From NCBI GenBank assembly GCA_046757525.1, contig JBHHYI010000022.1, positions 1 through 36,220 on the forward strand: a stretch of 36,220 nucleotides of DNA, read 5' to 3'. Below are positions 26,570 to 34,371 of this stretch, piece by piece. This stretch comes from a bacterium. Its GTDB lineage: Bacteria > Zhuqueibacterota > Zhuqueibacteria > Oceanimicrobiales > Oceanimicrobiaceae. How positions within the stretch are numbered: position 1 is the stretch's first letter; every line of letters starts with the position of its first letter. The position numbers and the translations under genes were made by a program. Below the pieces are notes generated by a model. It saw only the letters and a list, made by a program, of their open reading frames with translations. It was not told the origin of the DNA and ran no database searches.

Positions 26570-28270
26570 ATGAAACGTCTTTTTGAATTGCCGCAGTTGT
26601 TATTTAAGATTGTCTTTTTGGTTCTTGTGCTCTGGTTTTCCGAGCCGGGAGTTGCAGGAACTTATTACGTAGCCGTGAACGGGAACGACCAGGGGGAGGG
26701 TTCGTTTTCTTCTCCCTGGAGAACGGTTGCATTTGCCGTGGACCAAACCTCTGCTGGCGACACCATTCTGGTGCGGGGCGGCACTTATCGTGAATCCCTT
26801 GTCTGGTTTCGCACCAATAGACGCCGAAGGCAAAGCAGACAGTGGCACGATTGGCGCAGAAACCGGGGAATGCACCGGGACCCCACCATACCGCGCGGCG
26901 GTTCGCCCCGGGATCGTCACATGTACGAAGCGGGAGATCCTACCAAGGTTTGGGTGCTTAAGGCCTATCCCGGAGAGGAGGTCATCATGGAGAATGACCG
27001 ACCGGTGCGGATTCAAGCGCCTTATGTGCGCGTTGAGGGCATTCATTTTAAAGGCACAGGCGTCGGAGTCGTCAACATCAACCGCGGTGGCGGCCACCAT
27101 GTCGAGATCGTCGGCAATTACTTCACCGGTTCCGGCTACCGTTACGGTGCCATCTCCGTCAGCGGGGACAGCATCTTGATCGAAGGCAATATCCTGGAAA
27201 TCGAAGACCAGCCAGGGACTCAGGATCACGGCATTTACCTGCAGCAAGGCCGAGGCAACATCATTCGCAACAATTTCATTTCTGGCGCCACCGGGTATGG
27301 CATCCATCTGTTTTGCGAGCAAAAGGGACGTCGGGATGCCGGCGGTAGCTTTGTGATTGCCAACGCGCTGGTGGAAAATAACGTGATTACCAACAGTCGG
27401 TTGCGTTCAGGAATGATTGTCGCCACCGGCCGTGGCAACACCCTGGCGAAAGACATCGTGATTCGCAACAACATCATCTACAAAAACAAAGGTAATGGTA
27501 TCGACTTAAGGCGCACGATCAACGGCCTTGAAATCTACAACAACACCATTTATGACAACGGATTGGATGGTATTACCCTGGGATTTGTGGCCAAAAGGGG
27601 CGGTTCGGTGGAAAACGTAACCATCAAGAACAACATCATCCAAATCTCGAATCGCAAGCAACACCACATCAACAGCAATCCGGACGTGGTGGTGAGCAAC
27701 ACCGTCACCGTGGACCACAATCTGTTCTGGCCCGGCCCGGCCGCGGTTGCGGAGCTGAAGGCTTCGAACAACGTGATCGCCAATCCGAAATTTGCGGACG
27801 CCGCCAGGCTCGATTTTCTCCTGTCGAATAACAGTCCCGCGCGTGATGCCGGAGTCGACGTGGGGGCGGCTTTTCGAGGTAAAGCACCGGACCTGGGGGC
27901 GGTTGAACTTGGCGAACCAAAGTTGGCCGATGTCCATTTGAACGGGCTGCATGCCGCCGCTGTCGGCGACGTCGTCAATTTGAACTGGCGCACCGTCGCC
28001 GAATATCTCAAGGTGGGCTTTGAGGTTGAGCGGTCCGACGCCAAGCACAAAGAAGATTACCATAAGATCGGGTTTGTCGAAGGCCACGGGCCTAAAATAG
28101 CCGTGCAAGGGTATGATTTTGTGGACGAAGGGGTTCCACAAGGCACTTATTACTACCGGCTGAAAAAGATAGACTCCAACGGTAATTTCGCATACACGAA
28201 GAGCATAAAGGTTAAGGTGAAAGCATCGGAGGCAAATTCATCGAAAGAAAAAGTAACCAATGGATTGTAA
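26570..28270 (+). CDS. Secreted right-handed beta-helix protein (paralog 3), basic, lacking the FlgD/T9SS-like tail
   Basis: GGGAG RBS and signal peptide. Same beta-helix motifs (QDHGIYLQQG) and an Ig-like domain, then a stop with no NPFN tail. Confidence 0.88.
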   Translation: MKRLFELPQLLFKIVFLVLVLWFSEPGVAGTYYVAVNGNDQGEGSFSSPWRTVAFAVDQTSAGDTILVRGGTYRESLVWFRTNRRRRQSRQWHDWRRNRGMHRDPTIPRGGSPRDRHMYEAGDPTKVWVLKAYPGEEVIMENDRPVRIQAPYVRVEGIHFKGTGVGVVNINRGGGHHVEIVGNYFTGSGYRYGAISVSGDSILIEGNILEIEDQPGTQDHGIYLQQGRGNIIRNNFISGATGYGIHLFCEQKGRRDAGGSFVIANALVENNVITNSRLRSGMIVATGRGNTLAKDIVIRNNIIYKNKGNGIDLRRTINGLEIYNNTIYDNGLDGITLGFVAKRGGSVENVTIKNNIIQISNRKQHHINSNPDVVVSNTVTVDHNLFWPGPAAVAELKASNNVIANPKFADAARLDFLLSNNSPARDAGVDVGAAFRGKAPDLGAVELGEPKLADVHLNGLHAAAVGDVVNLNWRTVAEYLKVGFEVERSDAKHKEDYHKIGFVEGHGPKIAVQGYDFVDEGVPQGTYYYRLKKIDSNGNFAYTKSIKVKVKASEANSSKEKVTNGL

Positions 28271-28307
28271 CTAAATCTCAACTCTTAACCAGGAAAGGTG
28301 ATTTGTT

Positions 28308-29960
28308 ATGAAGATTTTTCTTCATGAAAATCGGGACGGAGGAAGGAAGAGGCGTTTCTTTCTAATCAACTTCTTTGTTTTTTTGCTGCCTTTGGGTTTG
28401 ATGCTCAATGGCGATGCGGAGATTTTCGCACAAGATTGCAATGGCTCGTTTATTGCCGAAGAGGTGCCGTTGACAGACCTTGGGACCGGGAAATACAAAG
28501 GCCAATATGAAGGCGGGCTGTACCCGGGTGGCTCCAACGTCTGTCCGCAGGAGCACTTGAATGCCGGGTTGGCCATCGCCAAAGAGGTTCAGCCCCTGAA
28601 CGCTTCGGGGCAGCCGGATCCCAACGGGAAGATCGTCATGATCTCCATCGGCATGTCGAACACGCAGCAAGAATTTGAGCCATTCATTGAAAAGGCCCTG
28701 GCGGAGCCGGAATTGAATCCCAAGCTGGTCATCGTTAACGGGGCGCGTTCTGGCCAGCACGTGGGCAAATGGCAAAATCCCGCTGCTACTGGCTGGGGCT
28801 TCCTTGCGGATGCCATTGCTAAGGCCGGTGTGACGGCCGAGCAAGTGCAGGTGGCCTGGATTAAGCTGGCCTCCCGCTCCGACGTGGGGCCACAAACGTT
28901 TCCTGAGCATGCCACGGCTCTTCAGGACGGGGTTAAGGCGACTGTCCAAAATCTCAAAGATAAGTACCCTAACACACGCATCGCCTATTTAAGTAGCCGA
29001 ATTTATGCAGGCTACGCCACCATCCCGTTGAGCCCGGAGCCTTTTGCTTATGAAGGGGGCTTCTCGATGAAATGGTTGATCGAAGAGCAGATCAACGGCG
29101 ATTCCAGCCTGGTGTATGACGGCGCTAATCCCCGGGCTCCGTGGTTGGCCTGGGGACCGTACCTCTGGGCGGACGGTCTGGGGTCGGACGGGGTCGTGGG
29201 CGGTGTGCCGGGCAGAAGCGACGGTTTGGAGTGGGAATGCGGCGACTTCCAGTCGGACGGCACCCATCCTTCCATCAACGTGGGTCGATTCAAAGCGGCC
29301 GGTTTGTTGCTGGACTTCTTGAAGCAGGAATCCACAGCCCTGCCGTGGTTCATGCCCAACGTGACCACCAATGTGGAGCTGGCCAGTTTTCAAAGTGCGG
29401 TGCAAGGCTCTGACGTGGTTTTGCGCTGGGTCACGACCCGCGAAACCAACAATTACGGTTTTGAGGTTCAACGCAAAGACGACCTTGCCGGCTTCAAAAC
29501 CATAGCCTTCGTCGAAGGCCACGGAACCAGCAGCAACCGCAACACCTACGAATATCTGGACCGACGCCTCCAACCCGGAGCTTATTCCTACCGCTTAAAG
29601 CAAGTTGATTTTAACGGCCAGATTGAGCTTTCCTCTGTGTTGTCCGTACAGATCGAGTCTCCGCAGAATTTCAAGCTGGATCCCAACTATCCCAATCCCT
29701 TTCGGAGTCAAACGACGCTGTTTTATGAGCTTCCCGAACGCTCCTTTGTGACCATCAAGATTTACAACGTGCTGGGCCAGGAGATTGCAGTGCTCGTGTC
29801 CAAGGAACTGGAGTCGGGGCAGCATAGCGTGCAGTGGAATGGTTTGGACAAGAACCAGCAGCCGGTGGCCGCGGGAATGTACTTCGTTACCCTGTGGAAG
29901 AATGGACAGCAAGGCAACCCTCAATTGTTGGCCAGGCGAAAAATCCTAAACATGCGCTGA
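28308..29960 (+). CDS. Secreted SGNH-like protein with Ig-like domain and FlgD/T9SS-A-like tail (paralog A)
   Basis: Signal peptide ending IFA|Q, IGMSNT, NGA, DGTHPS and NYPNPF tail. Confidence 0.82.
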   Translation: MKIFLHENRDGGRKRRFFLINFFVFLLPLGLMLNGDAEIFAQDCNGSFIAEEVPLTDLGTGKYKGQYEGGLYPGGSNVCPQEHLNAGLAIAKEVQPLNASGQPDPNGKIVMISIGMSNTQQEFEPFIEKALAEPELNPKLVIVNGARSGQHVGKWQNPAATGWGFLADAIAKAGVTAEQVQVAWIKLASRSDVGPQTFPEHATALQDGVKATVQNLKDKYPNTRIAYLSSRIYAGYATIPLSPEPFAYEGGFSMKWLIEEQINGDSSLVYDGANPRAPWLAWGPYLWADGLGSDGVVGGVPGRSDGLEWECGDFQSDGTHPSINVGRFKAAGLLLDFLKQESTALPWFMPNVTTNVELASFQSAVQGSDVVLRWVTTRETNNYGFEVQRKDDLAGFKTIAFVEGHGTSSNRNTYEYLDRRLQPGAYSYRLKQVDFNGQIELSSVLSVQIESPQNFKLDPNYPNPFRSQTTLFYELPERSFVTIKIYNVLGQEIAVLVSKELESGQHSVQWNGLDKNQQPVAAGMYFVTLWKNGQQGNPQLLARRKILNMR

Positions 29961-29965
29961 GATTC

Positions 29966-30814
29966 ATGGGGATTTATTTTTTTGGACAAACTCTGGGAGT
30001 CAAGTCCTGTCTGCATGGACATTTTAACATCGGCTTAAAGAGATTGCTGCTGCCGGTGAATTATTGGAGGTATCCGGTTTTCCGGCATATCGATCAGTTT
30101 TTCAACAACAGCAAACAGCTCAAAGTTCTGGACATCGGCAGCCCAAAGCTCCTGGCGGTCTATTTGGCAGTAAAGCGCAAGCATCGGGTCTATGCCACGG
30201 ATATTCAAGACCAGACGATTTTTACCGTGTGGAACACCTATTACCGGGACATACAGAACAATGGTAGCAACGGCAGCGCTGGTTATATCGCCGATCTGCA
30301 AGATGCCCGGGATTTGAAATATGAAAATGATGAATTCGACATCGTCTATTCGGTTTCGGTCATCGAACACATTCCCGACCACGGGGACTCAGAAGCCATG
30401 CAGGAGATTCACCGGGTGCTGAAGCCCGGCGGGTTAGCCATCATCGAGGTCCCTTACGCACTCAAGACACACGAAACGGTTAAGAACACGGACGTCTACG
30501 AACGTCAATTCAACGGCGAACCGGTCTTTTACCAGCGGCACTACGATGAGGAAACCTTGCGCAGCCGGTTAATCGAACCTTCGAAACTGAAGCTTGTGGA
30601 AAAAGTCATACTTGGTGAAAGGCTGCCGTTTGAGGACCTGTACGAATCCTTCCCTGTTTTTGGTAAGCTCCTGTTTTTCCCCTTCGAAGCTCTTATTTCC
30701 GTTTTGAATCACAAAAAAATAGACGAACAGCAAAGACAAAAGGATTCCGCAAGAGATTTCAAACGTGCCATGGACGTCACGCTGATCTTGCAAAAAAACC
30801 AAGGAGGTGCCTGA
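29966..30814 (+). CDS. Class I SAM-dependent methyltransferase (Methyltransf_11-like)
   Basis: VLDIGS, DARDL, FDIVYSVSVIEHI and EIHRVLKPGG. ATG 29966 lies just after the upstream stop. Confidence 0.9.
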   Translation: MGIYFFGQTLGVKSCLHGHFNIGLKRLLLPVNYWRYPVFRHIDQFFNNSKQLKVLDIGSPKLLAVYLAVKRKHRVYATDIQDQTIFTVWNTYYRDIQNNGSNGSAGYIADLQDARDLKYENDEFDIVYSVSVIEHIPDHGDSEAMQEIHRVLKPGGLAIIEVPYALKTHETVKNTDVYERQFNGEPVFYQRHYDEETLRSRLIEPSKLKLVEKVILGERLPFEDLYESFPVFGKLLFFPFEALISVLNHKKIDEQQRQKDSARDFKRAMDVTLILQKNQGGA

Positions 30815-30815
30815 G

Positions 30816-32414
30816 ATGCGATTAAGAAAAATGAGAAATATTGAGAAAGTTCTACTTCTGGGACTGTCATTGGCCATCATCATCTTGATTTCCAATGTAA
30901 GATTGTTTGGCGGCGGCAATTGCAACAATACTTCCACCGGTATGATCCCATTGACCGATCTTGGCTCCGGCTTGTACAAAGGCGTTCAAAGCGGGCTGTT
31001 TCCGGATGGTCTGAATGTGCCGCCGGAACCCTATGCGTCCGACGGTCTGGCCATCGCCAATTCGATCAGGCCGTTGAATTCCAATGGCCAGGTCGACGAA
31101 GCCAACGGGAAAATCGGTTTGGTCACCATCGGCATGTCGAACACCAACGCGGAGTCAAAATCTCTTGTCATTATTGGCAGTGCGGATCCCGACAAAAGCG
31201 CCAGCGTGGTTCTGGTCAACGGTGCTCAGGGCGGTAAGTCTGCTGACAAAATCGCAGATCCAAACGAGCCTTACTGGAGCGGCCATGTCATTCCGCAGGT
31301 GGCACGGGCCGGTCTCAGCGTGGAGCAGGTGCAAGTTGCCTGGGTCAAGGAGGCAACCCCAATGCCAACCGAAGCGTTTCCAACCGAGGCTGTGGAGCTA
31401 CAAGGCTTTCTGGAGGCCATCGCCAGGAACTTAAAGGCGCTTTTTCCCAATCTGAAAATTGCTTATTATTCCAGTAGAATTTATGCCGGGTACGCCACCG
31501 GTCCGCTGAACCCCGAACCCCACGCTTATGAAACCGGTTTTTCGGTCAAATGGATGCTTGAGAAGCAAATCAACGGGGACGCGGAGTTGAATTACGACCC
31601 CAACAAGGGCGACGTGGTGGCGCCTTATGTCACCTGGGGGCCTTACCTCTGGGCCGACGGCCTGACGCCCAGAAGCGATGGGTTGATTTGGGAGTGCGAT
31701 GATTTAGCCAACGACGGCACCCATCCTTCGGACAAAGGTTCGGACAAAGTTGCCAACCTGATCATCGATTTTCTCAAAACCGATCCAACCGCGACCCCCT
31801 GGTTCTTGAAACAGACGACGACTGCAGTTGAACTGTCCAGTTTTAACAGCGTGGTTCAGGGCGCCAACGTGGTGCTCAGGTGGGTGACGGCCAGAGAAAC
31901 CAATAATTACGGCTTCGAAATTCAACGCAAACAAAACAGTTCAGACTTCGAAAAGATTGCGTTTGTCCAGGGGCGGGGGAGCAGCAGTGCGGCGAATACT
32001 TACGAATATGTGGACAAGCATCTCCAGCCTGGCAGCTACACTTATCGTTTGAAGCAGTTGGATTTCAACGGTTCCAGTGAATTCTCAACGCCATTGACCG
32101 TGGCGGTCGCGGCGCCCAGGGAATTCAAGATCGAGCCCAATTTTCCCAACCCGTTTCGCACCAACACGACTTTGTTTTATCAGCTTCCAGAGCGGGCTAC
32201 AGTGACCGTCCGGATTTACAACGTTTTGGGTCAGGAAGTTTCGGAATTTGCGGCCGGGCAGCTCGATGCCGGTTTTCATTCGGTGCAATGGAACGGTCTG
32301 GACAAGAACCAGCGACCGGTTGCTGCCGGAATGTACTTTGTCACCCTGTGGAAAAACGGAGCACAGGGGAATCCGCAATTGGTGGCAAAACGAAAAATCC
32401 TTCATATTCGATAA
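30816..32414 (+). CDS. Secreted SGNH-like protein with FlgD/T9SS-A-like tail (paralog B)
   Basis: AGGAGG RBS, IGMSNT, NGAQ, DGTHPS and NFPNPF tail. Confidence 0.82.
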   Translation: MRLRKMRNIEKVLLLGLSLAIIILISNVRLFGGGNCNNTSTGMIPLTDLGSGLYKGVQSGLFPDGLNVPPEPYASDGLAIANSIRPLNSNGQVDEANGKIGLVTIGMSNTNAESKSLVIIGSADPDKSASVVLVNGAQGGKSADKIADPNEPYWSGHVIPQVARAGLSVEQVQVAWVKEATPMPTEAFPTEAVELQGFLEAIARNLKALFPNLKIAYYSSRIYAGYATGPLNPEPHAYETGFSVKWMLEKQINGDAELNYDPNKGDVVAPYVTWGPYLWADGLTPRSDGLIWECDDLANDGTHPSDKGSDKVANLIIDFLKTDPTATPWFLKQTTTAVELSSFNSVVQGANVVLRWVTARETNNYGFEIQRKQNSSDFEKIAFVQGRGSSSAANTYEYVDKHLQPGSYTYRLKQLDFNGSSEFSTPLTVAVAAPREFKIEPNFPNPFRTNTTLFYQLPERATVTVRIYNVLGQEVSEFAAGQLDAGFHSVQWNGLDKNQRPVAAGMYFVTLWKNGAQGNPQLVAKRKILHIR

Positions 32415-32448
32415 GCTCTGACTGAAGACAAGATTTAGCGGCTCGGCG

Positions 32449-32559
32449 AGCGATTCTCAATTAACATAACAACCCTGACAGGGTTCTGAACGGCAACACT
32501 AACGTTGTGATCGTCCAATGAAACCCTGTCAGGGTTTGCAACGATAATTAGGAATCACA
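32449..32559. repeat. Nested inverted repeat, MITE- or REP-like
   Basis: Outer imperfect IR GATTCTCAATTA / TAATTAGGAATC. Inner perfect IR AACCCTGACAGGGTT (32471-32485) / AACCCTGTCAGGGTT (32522-32536). Confidence 0.7.
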
Positions 32560-32683
32560 ACACTCGTCCGCTTCACCCGCTTTTCCCTTTTTGCAACAAA
32601 GCTTGCTTAGGCAAATTGGACGCACCTGGCAATCAATCGATGGTCAACAGCTTGCTCAGCAAACATGAATTGAGGTGCGCAAA

Positions 32684-34318
32684 ATGCTCAGCTTGACTTC
32701 TCCATCTTTTACCCAAAAATGCAGGAATCTGCTGTCGAGAACGGCGCGGGGCAGCAAAGTCTTGGCGGCGCTCTTGTTTGTTGGCTTTGCCGTTTGGTCC
32801 GCCAACGAGGCGCGCGGTGGCGGAAATTGCGATAGCACTTCCACGCAAAAGACCCCGATCAATGATTTGGGGCCAGGCCTTTACCAGGGATTTCAGGGCG
32901 GACTCTATCCCGATGGTCTAAACGCACCGCCACCGCCATTCGATTCAATCGGCGTGGCCATTGCCAATGGCATCGTGCCCCTGGACACCAACGGCGTGGT
33001 GGATCTGGCCAACGGGGCTATCGTTTTTGAAACCATCGGCATGTCTAATGCGAAAGCCGAGTCTCAGCCGTTTGTGTCCATGGCCAACGGTGACCCGCTG
33101 AAGAATCCGGCGCTCTTTTTCATCAACGGTGCGGATCCCGGGCAAACCGCCGACAAGATTGCAGACCCCGCAGCCGATTATTGGAACTACGTTCAAGATC
33201 AAGTGGCAAAAAATGGCTACACCAACGCCCAGGTGCAGGTGGTTTGGGTTAAAGAGGCGACGCCGCTGCCCGTGGACCCTTTCCCCACTGAGGCTGTGGA
33301 GCTGCAGGGATTTTACGAAGACATCGCGCGGAATCTAAAAGCGCTGTTCCCTAATTTGAAGATTGCGTACTACTCAAGCCGCATTTATGCCGGGTACGCC
33401 ACCGGACCGCTAAATCCGGAACCCCACGCCTATGAAACCGCCTTTGCGGTTAAATGGATGATCGAGAAGCAAATCAATGGGGACCTCAATCTCAACTTCG
33501 ATCCGGAAAAGGGCGCGGTGGTTGCGCCGTATCTGGCCTGGGGACCTTATCTGTGGGCTGACGGGCTTATCCCGCGCAGCGACAGCCTGGTCTGGCTGTG
33601 CGATGATTTAGCCAACGACGGCACCCACCCTTCCGACCAGGGCTCGGACAAAGTTGCAAACTTGCTGCTCAATTTTCTCAAGACCGACACCACTGCCGTG
33701 CCCTGGTTCTTCAACAGCGAACTGCTGCCAGTAGAGCTTACGAGCTTCCAGGCCACGGTTCTGGGCGCCGACGTGGAATTGCGCTGGAGCACGGCCACAG
33801 AAACCAACAACCTGGGTTTCCAAATCCAGAGGAAACAAGGGCAGGCCCCTTACGAGTCCATTGGGTTTGTCAAAGGGCATGGCACGACCTTTCGTCCTAA
33901 TTCGTACCGGTATGTGGACAAAGACCTCGCTCCGAACAGCTTTACCTATCGGCTGAAGCAAATCGACCTGGACGGAACCCCACATTTTTCTTCCCAGGTT
34001 AAGGTAGTGGTCGCGCCTCCCAGGGAATTCGTTCTCGGGCCAATCTACCCCAATCCTTTCAAAAATAGGGCGAACATTCCTTACCGCCTCGCGGATCAAG
34101 CGGCCATTACGATAAGAGTGTTCAATCTATTAGGGCAGGAGATTAGAAGGCTCGAGTCCAGGCAGCAAGATGCCGGGGAATTCCTGGTGCAGTGGGACGG
34201 GTTGGACGATCAGAACCGCACCGCTGCCAACGGTATTTACATCGTGACCCTATGGAACCGAGGCGACAACGGCGGCCAGAAGCTGGTGGGCAAGAGGAAG
34301 GTCGTTCTACTCAGATAA
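32684..34318 (+). CDS. Secreted SGNH-like protein with FlgD/T9SS-A-like tail (paralog C)
   Basis: GAGGT RBS before ATG 32684, IGMSNA, NGAD, DGTHPS and IYPNPF tail. Confidence 0.82.
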   Translation: MLSLTSPSFTQKCRNLLSRTARGSKVLAALLFVGFAVWSANEARGGGNCDSTSTQKTPINDLGPGLYQGFQGGLYPDGLNAPPPPFDSIGVAIANGIVPLDTNGVVDLANGAIVFETIGMSNAKAESQPFVSMANGDPLKNPALFFINGADPGQTADKIADPAADYWNYVQDQVAKNGYTNAQVQVVWVKEATPLPVDPFPTEAVELQGFYEDIARNLKALFPNLKIAYYSSRIYAGYATGPLNPEPHAYETAFAVKWMIEKQINGDLNLNFDPEKGAVVAPYLAWGPYLWADGLIPRSDSLVWLCDDLANDGTHPSDQGSDKVANLLLNFLKTDTTAVPWFFNSELLPVELTSFQATVLGADVELRWSTATETNNLGFQIQRKQGQAPYESIGFVKGHGTTFRPNSYRYVDKDLAPNSFTYRLKQIDLDGTPHFSSQVKVVVAPPREFVLGPIYPNPFKNRANIPYRLADQAAITIRVFNLLGQEIRRLESRQQDAGEFLVQWDGLDDQNRTAANGIYIVTLWNRGDNGGQKLVGKRKVVLLR

Positions 34319-34371
34319 ACCGTCGCAGAAATCCGATTACCGAACATAATTTCCAGACGAGGAGGAAGGCA

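Noticed and set aside
28308..34318. Diversity-generating retroelement or assembly duplication behind the repeated paralogs
   Set aside because: No reverse transcriptase is present, and the differences are largely synonymous and not adenine-specific.
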